Positions 51,589 to 64,000 of a stretch of 64,000 nt of DNA are shown here, piece after piece; within the stretch, counting starts at the first letter, position 1; each line of letters opens with the position of its first letter. The notes under the pieces are model-generated. The model was not told the DNA's origin and searched no databases. It saw only the letters and a program-made list of their open reading frames with translations. A program made the position numbers and the translations under genes. Source of the DNA: Leucoraja erinacea (lineage: Eukaryota); the NCBI RefSeq assembly GCF_028641065.1, contig NC_073386.1, positions 16,926,001-16,990,000 on the forward strand, in the 5' to 3' direction.

Positions 51589-53329
51589 AAAAAACATGGG
51601 AATTAAGATAACTGCTACAAATAGGAGATGCTAATTGGCAAAAAAGTTCCATCAGGAATTTTGGATAGCTGCGTTTCCACGCTGTAAGATTCTATAACTC
51701 CAACTGGGAATGAGTAATATGACAAGTTAATAAATTATTCAAATTACATTTTATTTATAGATGGAATTTCATTTGCAAATACTTTATTGACTGTCCAGTT
51801 TTTGAGTGAGATTCTGACAGTTTAACTGCCAGAGTCTAAGTTGTTGGCCATATTTATCCTCTCAGAACCATCAACAATGATAATTACGGTATTTTTCAAT
51901 GCAAAATATTACCATTATTGACCTGCAAATGGAGCATTTCGAATGGCAATACTAAATTAGAAAGACATCAAAAATGCCCAATGTATTTCAGGTGAATCCA
52001 AATGAACATATGGGAGAGAAAACAATAGAATGTTATGCTAACATGGCTGCATTCAAAAGGTAGTGAACAGGCTTGTGTGCAGCATATATACGATATGGTT
52101 CAATTGGGTTGAAAAATTGTCTTTTGCGCTACGCATTCCAATTATTTCTATAGAAAGTATTTGTGAACATTTTTATTGTGGAAACTACTGCTTTTTGTTA
52201 AGAACACTTCGGAATAAATTTCAAATGCGAGTATAGTTGGATGATTTGGAACCTCATCTTTCAATGTGTTCATTAAGTTTAGACCGACGTGGAATATCAC
52301 CTGGACCCACTGCCCTAAATGATTCTCCTTTCTCCTCCCCTGTCCAGCAAACTCAGTGCTGAACTGAGGGTATGCCAGACTTTGCCAAGAGCCATCTTTT
52401 GAATGAGACATTGACAAATAACCATCTCCCTATTCAGGCAATTGCTCACAAAAAAAACTGCTCCTCTGATGATCCGTCCATTTGTTCTTTGAGTACAAGT
52501 TAAATGTAAATGTGTCTGCATTGCAACCTCCAAGAGAATGCATTGGCTAGTACATTTAATTTCACACTTCATCTTTAGGAAATGTTTCAAAACGATAACT
52601 AAGTGCAGTATATATCTTATTTTTGAAAATGCAGAGTGTAGTTAAGTTAGTAGAGAAACACTTTGGGGCAGAAAGCAAAAGAAGGCGGGGTAAAATGGAT
52701 AACAACAGAATATGATGGCGACTCAGCGAATCCGGCAACAGAGCACAAAGAGGACCCGTTAATATCTCAGGTCTGGGACCTTCATCCCAGGAAAGAGAGA
52801 ACACGTTAATTTCCAGTAGCAAACAACGCGGGTGGAATGAGAACAAAAGGAATATCACTGGCAGAGGGAGATCAAACAGGTAAATGTAACAACAAAAGAA
52901 CTGCAGATGCCGGTTTATACCAAAGTTTTACACAAAGTGCTGGAGTAACTCAGCGGGTAACTTAGGCAGCGTCTTTGGAGGAAAAGGGAAGGTGACATTT
53001 CGGGTCCAGACCCTTCTTCAGGCTGAGGAAGACTAGACAGTCTGTTTATCGTCTGCACTTTTTCTCTGTTCTCTGTAATGGATGTTCTGTGCAATGGATG
53101 TACTCGTTGAAATACGTACATAGAGGAAAAATGCGATTAGTATTCTAATTTTTGTTTCACAAGCAGAACACCAGCTGTTTCAATTTACAATGGTGTGTAT
53201 GTGTGGCTTCGCTCTGTAAAGTGAGCAGCTCGAAAACTGATCACAGCGTCCACAAGAAGATGCCTTGTAGATTATTAAGCGGTTACCATATCTCATCCAC
53301 CTTGGATAAGATGCGAGCTTAGAGCATTA

Positions 53330-53523
53330 GAAGCGACCCGCTACGGTTGGTTATTATTTTATAACTTGCCTTCTTATGATTGTGCGCGCTGATAATGCGC
53401 GTTCCTGTTGCTAGGAGCCGTCGCGCTGGGGCTGTGGGAGTGCAACCCTGAAATTAATCAGCCGCTCAAAGAAATTCAATCGCGCCTAGAAACTGCCGGC
53501 ACCTGAAGCGCGCTGAACACACA
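53330..53523 (+). promoter_or_regulatory. LEXM/CIMAP2 promoter with a possible RFX X-box
   Basis: CpG-rich stretch before ATG 53524; GTTGCTAGGAGC (53407-53418) resembles an X-box, which fits a ciliary gene. Confidence 0.45.
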
Positions 53524-53573
53524 ATGGAAGATAAACAATTTGAAGGAGCTCCGTTTGGAACTCAGAAAGCCAG
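53524..53573 (+). CDS. CIMAP2: LEXM/CIMAP2 (C1orf177) coding exon 1 (MEDKQFEGAPFGTQKAR)
   Basis: F.GAPFG.Q..RFD motif continues into the next exon; donor AG|GTGAGT; same position relative to TTC22 as in human. Confidence 0.85.
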
Positions 53574-56468
53574 GTGAGTCTAAGGTAAACTGAAAGTATA
53601 TAATCTCTTAGAGTTTAGTGTTGGAGGAATTTAGCGGGCCAGGCAGCATCTGGGGAAGGACAAATGGACAGCCGGCGTTTCCAAAGCACGTTTTTATTTG
53701 GAAATGGATCCTTCTTCACCCTGACCCGAAACGTCACCCATCCTTTGTCTCCAGAGATGCTGCCTGACCCGTCGAGTTACCTCGGCACTTTGTGTCTATC
53801 TAAGGAACTGCAGAGGCTGATTTACAAACAGAAAATACACAAAGGGTTGGAGTAACTCAGCTGGTCAGGCAGCATCCCCGGAGAACATGGATTGGTGTGA
53901 AGAGTCACCTATTCATGTTCTCCAGGGATGCTGCCTGACCAGCTGAGTTACTCTAGTACTTTGTGTCATCCCTTTCCAAAACGTAGCCCGTCCACTCCTT
54001 CCCTCTGATGCTGCCTCGCCCGCTGAATTCCTCCAGCACTTTGTGTTTTGCCCTAGATTCCAGCATCTGCAGTTCATGTGGCTACAAACGCACGATCTTC
54101 TGGTTCCCTTATTCATTCTCGTTGATCCGAATCACCACACTCACTACAAAACCACTGAGCACTCTCAACCCATTAAAGAACGCCACGCCGGCTAACAATG
54201 CATGTGGTTTCCTGGCCTCTGGTGCTGTTCTCAGTTTTTTTTTTAAATCTACCATTAACACCTAATTTCCCCCCAAAATCCTGTTCTTAATTCCCCTATC
54301 CCCACAAATAGCAATTCTACCTTCAGTTCCATTCAGCTCCATTTTCTCCGTGAAAATCCTTCATGATCTGTTCCAAATTTCCGCTCTGCCTTCCCACAAT
54401 TTCACGAGTGAACCCTTTCATGTTCCTGCGCCAACAAGACACTCCAAGTAGCACCGATAAGAGTCGAGACCATTCTTCAGACCCGAAACGTCACCCATTC
54501 CTTCTCTCCAGAGATGCCGCCTTGTTCGCTGTTACTCCAGCATGCTGTGTCAGTCTTCGGTGTAAACCAGCATCTGTAGTGCCGTCCTACACACTTGTTA
54601 AAAATTGAGGGCCAATTATATCATTGCAGACGGAAGTATGCGGTGCCGGAATACTGGAACTCCAGGAAACAGACAAGTGTGCTAATGTGAATTGTACACA
54701 CACGTGCCTGACCTAATTTTATGGTTTATGTCATTTCACCCAGCAATGACCACTTGTGTGCGTGGACCACTTTGGATTTTGTATGGTTTAGCCATTAATA
54801 AAAATAGTTACAATGCAACTCTATGTTTGGGCATGAGTTTAGTTTAGTTTAGTTTAGTTTATTGTCACTTGTACCAGGGCACAGTGAAAAGCTTTTGTTG
54901 TTGCATGCTATCCAATCAGGGGAAAGATTGTACATGATTACAATCAAGCCATCCATAGTGTACAGATACAGGATAAAGGGAATAATATTTAGTTTCCAGT
55001 CTTCAGCAAATTTGGGCTGCAACTTAATTCAAAAAGATCAGAAAGGATCTGAGTTTACTCCATAATCTATACTGTGTTAGCTGATCGCAATCAGGTCAGT
55101 AGAGTTTAAATTAATCTGCTCTAATCAGGGAAGAGTTCCTACTTGGGACTGCCATCCATTTCCTACATTTGAACCCAGAAATGAACAAGGATAGAAGGCT
55201 TAAAGCTGACCCTCGTTCATTATCACTCTTTGGCCAAAGGTCTTGCTGTTGGAACTCACACCTGAATATGGGGGCAGCATACTAGTGCATCTCCTGGAAT
55301 TGCTCCCAGACAGTGTTAGCAACCTGCGTTCAATCCAGAACTCCAAATGGCATCTGTGTGGAGTTTGTATGCTCTCTCTATAATGCATGTGCTTCCCCTG
55401 GGAGCTCCAGTTTCTTCCCATGTCCTAAAGTGGTGCAGATTAAGTTAATTAAGTTAATTGACCTCTGTACAGTGTAAGTGAGTAGAATCTGGGAGTGTTG
55501 GTGGGAATGTGGGGAGAATGAAGTAGGATTAGTGTAAAAAGGCACTTGACGGTTGATGTGGCTTGGTGGGCCAACAGTCCTGTTTACATGCTCTTTAAAT
55601 TTGTGACTCTAGATTAGAAACTTGCCAACCATACCGGAAGGTGAATAGCCTCCTTGTAATTACCTCCTTGCAAAGTAAGCAATACTTTTAAGACAAAATG
55701 GGTTGATGTTTTATAGGAAGTACAAATGTACATGGAGAACTATAAATATAGACCAGCTTGATTCTGTCAAGTGTTATAACTAGATGCTTCCAATCACCAT
55801 TATGTATCACTCGTGTGATTCTCAGGAAGAATTAAAGCTCAGTAATAAAACTTCGAGAAATTTCTCCCTGATTCGCTCAATCAAAAATCATTAATGAAAA
55901 CAAATATGTAAAAATGGTGCTGATTTTTAATTCATTGCATTTTGACAATATTTGCTTAAGCGCTATTAAGTCCTATTTTCTCTAATACCTTAATCCAGAG
56001 TTAGACTATGTTCTTCATTTCAATGCACATTCATTGAAGAGGGAAGTCTTTTCAAAGCCTAATTTTCAGAAGTGAAGAAATGACTTTCACTTGATATGTT
56101 GCACTATACACACACATATTGGACCGGTGATAGACACAACATGCTGGGGTAACTCAGCAGGTATTGGGCTCATATTGGACAGCAGCCTGAGACTGGATTA
56201 TTTATTAGACTAGGTTTACCATGACGTATGCTGTTAGAATGACAATACATTTTGTTCTTAGACTGCAGAAACTATGATGAAACTTAATTCAACCCCCTTA
56301 TAGATCTTCACATTTTAGTATAATAAGTTAAACCAAGATGGACTTTAAGGCATAGATCTAATTGGTCCTGAATATTCTAATGGATTGATTAACGATGGAA
56401 ATAAATCGTTATCTTCTGCATATCTAATAAAATAAGACTGTTTTTTTTGTGTACTATTTCTATTGCAG

Positions 56469-56556
56469 GTTTGATGTGTATGGTGTTCACCCAGACAATA
56501 AGTTGCAAGGCAGTTACACTGAAATACCATATGATAAGAGGGCCATCAGCGGACCG
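56469..56556 (+). CDS. CIMAP2: LEXM/CIMAP2 exon 2 (FDVYGVHPDNKLQGSYTEIPYDKRAISGP)
   Basis: AG/GTAAGT bounded, 88 nt; resembles human [21 protein letters not shown]. Confidence 0.85.
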
Positions 56557-56925
56557 GTAAGTCAAAGTGAATATAGAAATCGGGTTGTTTGTCAGAAGAT
56601 ACAGTAGGCAGAACCGCACGCCATTGGATATTCAATGAGCAAAGCCATCATCCTGATGGAAGTTACACCATGCATTTCAGCAGGTGGTAACTTTTGTATC
56701 TTAGCTATGTTTTGTGAGGAGAGAGCAGAGGTAAAAGGCCAGAGGGGAACATCAGAGTTTTGTTCAAATATACCCTGATGACTTGCTGCACAATGACAAA
56801 CATTGTCAGGATTGGTCAGTTTATCCAGTGAGGCAAAATAAATGTTACCAACGAAATTAGGAAAAATGAATTAGAAATATATATTTTTCTGTGTATCAAT
56901 AGCTAATGATTGAATTGTCTTTCAG

Positions 56926-57096
56926 GAAGCAAGGCTAGGGCCTGCATATTACGATGTGGACACAGGGGATTTCAGTGCTAGGATTGTTGCCGAGAAAGCA
57001 TCAGGGCCGGGTTGGGCAAGGGAAAAGGAAATGGAACGCTTTGCTCAAACACCACAGTTATTCTATAAAGAACAAAAGCAAAAACAGAAGTTCTTG
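56926..57096 (+). CDS. CIMAP2: LEXM/CIMAP2 exon 3 (EARLGPAYYDVDTG...GPGWAREKEMERFAQTPQLFYKEQKQKQKFL)
   Basis: TTTCAG acceptor, GTAAGT donor, 171 nt; resembles human GPGTY...GWAKAQEATRLTQLPHFQY. Confidence 0.85.
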
Positions 57097-57107
57097 GTAA
57101 GTAATTA

Positions 57108-58933
57108 TGCGAAAAGAAAGAGATTAGTTAAAACAAATGTAGGTCTCTTGCAGTCAGAAACAGGTGCGTTGATCATAGGGAACAAGGATATGGCGGACCA
57201 AATGAATAACTACTTTGGTTCCGTCTTCACTAAGGAAGACATAAATAATCTGCCGGAAATAGCAGGGGGCCGCGGGTCAAAGGAGTAGGAGGAATTGAGT
57301 GAAATCCAGGTTAGTCGGGAAGTGGTGTTGGGGAAATTGAATGGATCAAAGGCCGATAAATCCCCAGGGCCAGATAAGCTGCATCCCAGAGTACTTAAGG
57401 AAGTAGCTCCAAAAATAGTGGATGCATTAGTAATAATCTTTCAAAACTCTTTAGATTCTGGAGTAGTTCCTGAGGTTTGGCGGGTAGCAAACGTAACCCC
57501 ACTTTTTAAGAAGGGAGGGAGAGAGAAAACGGGGAATTACAGACCAGTTAGTCTAACACCGGTAGTGGGGAAACTGCTAGAGTCAGTTATTAAAGATGGG
57601 ATAGCAGCACATTTGGAAAGTGGTGAAATCATTGGACAAAGTCAGCATGGATTTACAAAAGGTAAATCATGTCTGACGAACCTTATAGAATTTTTCGAGG
57701 ATGTAACTAGTAGCGTGGGTAGGGGAGAACCAGTGGATGTGGTGTATCTAGACTTCCAGAAGGCTTTCGACAAGGTCCCACATAAGAGATTAGTATACAA
57801 ACTTAAAGCACACAGCATTGGGGATTCAGTATTGATGTGGATAGAGAACTGGTTGGCAAACAGGAAGCAAAGAGTAGGAGTAAACGGGTCCTTTTCACAA
57901 TGGCGGGCAGTGACTAGTGGGGTACCACAAGGCTCAGTGCTGGGACCCCAGCTATTTACAATATATATTAATGATCTGGATGAGGGAATTGAAGGCAATA
58001 TCTCCATGTTTGCGGATGACACGAAGCTGGGGGGCAGTGTTAGCTGTGAGGAGGATGCTAGGAGACTGCAAGGTGACTTGGATAAGCTGGGTGAGTGGGC
58101 AAATGTTTGGCAGATGCAGTATAATGTGGATAAATGTGAGGTTATCCATTTTGGTGGCAAAAACAGGAAAGCAGACTATTATCTAAATGGTAGCCGATTA
58201 GGAAAGGGGGAGATGCAGCGAGACCTGGGTGGCATGGTACACCAGTCATTGAAAGTAGGCATGCAGGTGCAGCAGGCAGTGAAGAAAGCGAATGGTATGT
58301 TAGCTTTCATAGCAAAAGGATTTGAGTATAGGATCAGGGAGGTTCTACTGCAGTTGTACATGGTCTTGGTGAGACACACCTGGAGTATTGCGTACAGTTT
58401 TGGTCTCCTAATCTGAGGAATGACATTCTTGCCATAGAGGGAGTGCAGAGACGGTTCACCAGACTGATTCCTGGGATGTCAGGACTTTCATATGAAGAAA
58501 GACTGGATAGACTCGGCTTGTACTCACTAGAATTTAGAAGATATAGGAGGGATCTTATAGAAACTTACAAGATTCTTAAGGGGTTGGACAGGCTAGATGC
58601 AGGAAGATTGTTCCCAATGTTGGGGAAGTCCAGGACAAGGGGTCACAGCTTAAGGATAAGGGGGAAATACTTTAAAACCGAGATGAGAAGACCTTTTTTC
58701 ACACAGAGAGTGTGAATCTCTGGAACTCTCTGCCACAGAGGGTAGTTGAGGCCAGTTCATTGGCTATCTTTAAGAGGGAGATGTGGCCCTTGTGGCTAAG
58801 GGGATCAGAGGGTATGGAGAGAAGGCAGGTACGGGATACTGAGTTGGATGATCAGCCATGATAATATTGAATGGCGGTGCAGGGTCGAAGGGCTGAATGG
58901 CCTACTCCTGCACCTAATTTCTATGTTTCTATG
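57108..58933 (+). mobile_element. CR1-clade LINE (longest copy, RT region) in LEXM intron 3
   Basis: 373-aa ORF with [35 protein letters not shown] and FADD; (TTTCTATG)n tail. Confidence 0.95.
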
Positions 58934-59210
58934 TTAATCTTTTCACAGATTTATGTAACTGACTTTTAGTTATTTTGTTTAGAAATCAAAAGCAGTGTAA
59001 GCATTAAACAAAATCTGGTGTAAGCATGAAACAAATTCCAANNNNNNNNNNNNNNNNNNNNNNNNNNNNNNNNNNNNNNNNNNNNNNNNNNNNNNNNNNN
59101 NNNNNNNNNNNNNNNNNNNNNNNNNNNNNNNNNNNNNNNNNNNNNNNNNNNNNNNNNNNNNNNNNNNNNNNNNNNNNNNNNNNNNNNNNNNNNNNNNNNN
59201 NNNNNNNNNN

Positions 59211-60009
59211 AACTCTCATCTTGTATATATATTTGTTTGTATGTTTGTAGCCAAAACGGTTCAAGATAGTGCAACAATTTTAGGCCCACCTTACTCACCA
59301 TTCGCCTGAGGTGTGCAGTTGCAAGTTTCATTCAATTTAACAAAGTAATTCCCTTTATAAACTTTAATTAACTTTCAACCCCCCGGGCTCGCTGCGCTCC
59401 ACTTGCCTGTCCCGTCAGCCGCGAGTGCGCAGTTAGGGTAGGGATGCTGGGCCCGCCGCCATTTTCAGTTCACACCATTTTGACTGGTGTCACAATGGGG
59501 ATCTCTGGCGTCACAATAGGGACTCAACGGGTCCATGGGTCGTCTAGTATAAAAACTAAAAGTCTCATCTTGTATGTATGTATGTTCTCGAAACACAGCC
59601 AAAATGGTACACGATAGTGCAACAGTTTTAGGGCTTTAGACACCATTTGCCTGTATCAAGTTTCATTATATTTTAAAAGTAAATCACTTTATAAACTTTA
59701 ATGAACTTTAGACTGTGAATGGGACAAGTTTCAATGTGGCAGTCGCGCCGGCGCAGTGCGCTCCCACATGCCGGGCCCGCCAGTTGAACCTGCGCAGTTG
59801 GGGGAGGGTTGCTGGGCCCGGTATCTGCCCGTACGCAGTTGGGGGAGGGTTTCTGGGCCCGGTATCTGCCCGTACGCAGTTGGGGGAGGGTTGCCGGGCC
59901 CGGCAGCGGCACGCCCAGAAGGAATGAAGAGACAGAATTTGAAATAACTGAACGGCTTGTGGATCTCTGGCAATACAACGGGGACCCAATGGGTCCACGG
60001 GTCGTCTGG
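59211..60009 (+). mobile_element. Two head-to-tail Helitron-like units
   Basis: Similar starts (59211, ~59549), each ending in a GGAC(T/C)CAA.GGGTCC hairpin plus CTAG (59544-59547) or CTGG (60006-60009); internal ~40-bp tandem at 59793-59905. Confidence 0.6.
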
Positions 60010-62881
60010 CACATATTAAAGTTGCCATGCCATGTCAAAGGAAGATCCAGTTATAGAGTTATAGAATCATAAAGCCTAGAAACAGGCTCTTCGGCCTAAC
60101 TTGCCCACACTGACCATCAGGCCCCATCTATACTAGTCCCACCTGCTTGCGTTTGGCCCATATCCCTCTAAAACTATCCTATCCATGTACTTGTCCAAAT
60201 CTGTTTTAAACGTTGTGATAGCACATGCCTCAACTACCTCCTCCAGCGGCTCATTCCATATCCTTGCCACCCTTTGTGTAAACAATTAGCCCTCGGGTTT
60301 CTTTAGGCTCTATAGGGCGCTGGTCAGGCGGCATTTGGAATATAGTGAGCAGTTTTTGGTACCATATCTGAGGAAGAATGTGCTGGCTCTGGAGAGAGTC
60401 CAGAGGAGGTTTACAAGAATGATCCCAGGAATGAGTAGGTTAACACATGATGAGCGTTTGACGCCAATGGGCCTGTACTCACTGGAGTTTAGAAGAATGA
60501 GGGCGGACCTCATTGAAATGTACAGAATAGTGAAAGATTTAGATAAAGTAGATGTAGAAAGGATGTTTCCACTGGTTGGAGAGTCTACGACTAGAGGTCA
60601 TAGCCTCAGAATTAAAGGACGTTCTTTTAGGAAGGAGATGAGGAGGAATATCTTTAGTCAGAGGGTGGTGAATCTGTGGAATTCTTTGCCACAGAAGGTT
60701 GTGGAGGCCGTCAGTGGATAAACTGTATTTAAGGCAGAGATAGATAGATTCTTGATTAGTACAGGTACCAGAGGTTATGAGGAGAAGGCAGGAGAATGGG
60801 GTTAGGAGGGAGAGATAGATTAGCCATGATTGAATGGCGGAGTAGACTTGATGGGGCCTAATGGACTAGTTCTGCTCCTATCACTTATCATCTTATGATA
60901 TTATGATCTATTAAATCTATCCCCCCTCATATGAACCGTGTCCTCTGGTTCTTGATTCTGAACTGCCAGAGAATAATTGTACTGAGATGTTACTGAAATG
61001 CTGGTTCCTACAGCACACTGATTTTGCCAGATAACAAAGCTTTCATGGTAACCTGCATTGAAGAGGCATGCCACATCACTAGAGCATGGGTTTTTAAGAG
61101 CAGATCAATGAACGGTAGTATGGAGACCCAGGGATGACGGTAGCTGGCAAAGCTGTGGCACTGGTGCAATATGAAACACTGTCCTTACAACATGTTCCCA
61201 GTTGAATATCTATTGGTATTGGTCTTTGTTTATTATTATCACGTGCACAGTGGTACAATATGTTTGTATGCTATCCAATTAAATCAGATCGCACTATACA
61301 TGAATGAAATCAATCCATATACAATCACAACATGTAAAGCAAAGAGACAAATAACTGAGTGCAGAATATAGTTTTTCAGCATTGTAGCATTACAGTTCCA
61401 GAGAAAAAGTGCAATGTCCACTGTGAGGTAGGTTGGAAGATTTGGATTACACCCTAGTTTATGGGACAGACAGGGAAAGGGTACAGGTAGCATTGTTGTT
61501 AAGTTGCTGGAACAGCATCTAGCCTGGACTGTTGTTCCTGGTGCTAGAGTTCTACCCACCAGAGTAGTAGGACCGTTTAAATAAAAATAAATAGAGAGGT
61601 ATCAGTAAGGCAACCATGAAACTGGGCTGATGCAAAACCCCATTAGGTTTACATCTGCTCTGATGGATATGTGACTTAAGGCCCATCAATGTGATTGTCC
61701 CTTAACTACTCCCTTAACTCAGGGAAAATTAGGAATGGAGAATAGGTGCTGACAATACCAGTGACATTCCTGCTTTAGCATTGTGGTTTTTTAAAGGCAG
61801 CAAATTTCTACTTTATCTCCTTCCCCTCCCAAAGTGGAAGTGTCTGCATGGTACAGAAAAATGAGAATTGCTACTCTGCTGAAATTAGTCTGGTCTGATC
61901 CTTTAATAACTCGGGAGCGGTTGCCTAAAGATAATGCCTGACCCGATGAGTTACTCTTGCACTTGGAAGATTTGTCAATCTTGGAAGATTTGTTCCTTTC
62001 ACTAGCACAACTGCTGATAATATCCTAGTTAATAATGGAATATTTTATGTATTTTATTAATTTGGGTTTTGGGTTCTGAGTAAATGAAAGCTTTGAAAAT
62101 TGGGTTCTGTAGAAGGGCTGGGTAATCAGGAAATTGGAGGCCAGCATTCAAACTGCATCCAAGCTGCTTCCTGTTGTGCCCAAGCAAAAGATATGGACCA
62201 TGGTGAGAGGGGATGTACTTCTTGAGAAGGTTCTGGCTTCTGTTTACAGAAGCCGTAAGAGAGGATAAGCTTTCTGAAACGTTGGAAGTTTTTGCATATG
62301 TAAATTTCTGTGGGCAATTGATAAGGATCCTTACCTTGTTTAAGAAGGTACTGCAGATGATGGACCTTTGACTAACTTCCTGTTATTTGTGGGTTTCGTA
62401 ACAAAAGTTTGTGATCAATATAACCACAGCATGAGAAGTATTGTATCAGTGGCAAGCATGCTTTGAATGGGTAGAGCTGTGATTGATATGTTAGACCTCA
62501 ATGCTGCAATTCTGTATGAACATGTGACTATGTTTCCAAAACAGTATAAAAGATGCTGTATGTCTTCATTCATTAGAGTGATGGCCTGGGAGGAGTTAAG
62601 TATCTGCTGTATGCTTGACTTTGTATCTCCTAGCACTCTCTAGTTAAATGATCATTAAAGCTTGTATTGGTTTTACCTAACTTATTGTAAGTTGTCTGTT
62701 TTAAGAAAAATGAACCTTAACACTTCACCTTACTACTTATAATTAACTTGGAGATGGGAACGTGCCGTTTATAAGTTAATCTGACTAAGGGCAGTAAAAT
62801 TATGTTGTTTGTGAATAGAAATCTGAAAAACCTTATCCATGAGATGGGGATAGAATTATTGTTGAACTTTTTTCATTACAG

Positions 62882-63004
62882 GAAATTAATCGTGGTCCAG
62901 GTAAATACGAGGTCCCACATTTTCTTGACTTACTGGCAAAGAAGAATATTGGAAAGAGAGGTATTTTTGGCACTAGAGAAGAACGATTTAAAAAGCAACA
63001 AAGT
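62882..63004 (+). CDS. CIMAP2: LEXM/CIMAP2 exon 4 (EINRGPGKYEVPHFLDLLAKKNIGKRGIFGTREERFKKQQS)
   Basis: AG/GTAAG bounded, 123 nt; GPG.Y (PG-rich/SHIPPO-like) repeat. Confidence 0.85.
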
Positions 63005-63581
63005 GTAAGGGTTCATGGGTTTGTATTTTTGCACAATCGTGATTTCACAATTTCAAATTATTGAGTTAATTCGAGGGAACTGCATGATAGGATTCCAATG
63101 TTGACTGCGTAGCGGTGGAGACATACATAAAGTAAGGTGTTCAAGATCAGTCTATGGGTTCCTGGGACAACTTGCAGGAGATTTTGTCCCATGGGTTTGC
63201 ATTGTAGGCTAACTCTTATTGTCTGACTTTTCATATCAATGCCATGAACCACCATTCATAATGTCATTCATAATGTCATTTTTTTTTTCTCCTTGAATGG
63301 GCTTTGGACAGACTGGCTAAGACTTTGTATTTGTCCAAAATGTAACCACAAGGATTACAAAAAACTACAAAAAAGTTGAACTTCAATATCGGCAAAGAAT
63401 ATTCTTAATAATATTTCAGACCATTTATTTTAATTGTCTTTGTTTGCAAAAGTGTTATTCCTTTGGGAAAATAAATGTCACTGTTAATTTATTTTAAACT
63501 CGAACGATTTGAACAGATGAATTCTTATCAAAGCAGAGCATTGAGAGAGACGATGTTATTCCGACTGCTTTATTTTTCCAG

Positions 63582-63719
63582 ATTATTAGCCCGGGCCCTG
63601 GTTCATATGGAAAAGGAGGGATTCCAATGGCTGTGCTGGAGGAAAAAGCGAATAAATCCGCAGGACTACGGGGAATGATGGATTCAAACAGTACAAAGAG
63701 CCGATCCCTTGAAGCAATG
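63582..63719 (+). CDS. CIMAP2: LEXM/CIMAP2 exon 5 (IISPGPGSYGKGGIPMAVLEEKANKSAGLRGMMDS...); gene continues beyond the window
   Basis: AG/GT bounded, 138 nt; matches human PGPGNYGEKGNPY..LEE. Confidence 0.87.
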
Positions 63720-64000
63720 GTAAATGTGCCATTCTGTTGTACTCTTATAACTGACAATTTATTAATATTGCACCAGCCAAATTAGTTGGGAGTGGTTAGG
63801 ATGTCTGATTCATAGCAAACAGCCAATAATGTGAATTTATTCATAAAATGTTGCCCAATGAGTGGAGGATACACAAACTACAATGAAAGCAAGCTAATTC
63901 CTACAGGAAAAAACTATCAGTGGAAGATAAAGTGTACACTTTAAGTTAATGGGTGGCATAGTGGCAAAGCCGTAGGCAAAACTGCTGCCTCAATGCCATA

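Overview
Vertebrate nuclear DNA, most likely from a cartilaginous fish (skate/ray; inferred from HE1-like tRNA SINEs plus CR1, Penelope and Rex1 repeats). It covers the conserved TTC4-PARS2-TTC22-LEXM(CIMAP2/C1orf177) block: TTC4 coding exons 1-2 (-), PARS2 (-, one coding exon with a frameshift near its 5' end), a complete 7-exon TTC22 (-, ~562 aa) and LEXM coding exons 1-5 (+). The main surprise lies between PARS2 and TTC22: an intact 4-exon gene (+, 19738-26568, 291 aa) for a microbial-type PtpB/LipA-like (Y_phosphatase3) phosphatase with the HCTAGKDRTG P-loop, which has no counterpart I know of at the human locus. The rest is repeat-rich: CR1, Rex1 and L1/Tx1 LINE fragments, a Penelope element whose 3' end (and many short copies of it) carries a minimal hammerhead-ribozyme motif, Helitron-like elements, MITEs, minisatellites, an inverted duplication in TTC22 intron 1 and three N gaps. 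Exon boundaries were read by hand from GT/AG sites and phase; gene identities rest on recalled similarity to the human proteins, not on database searches.
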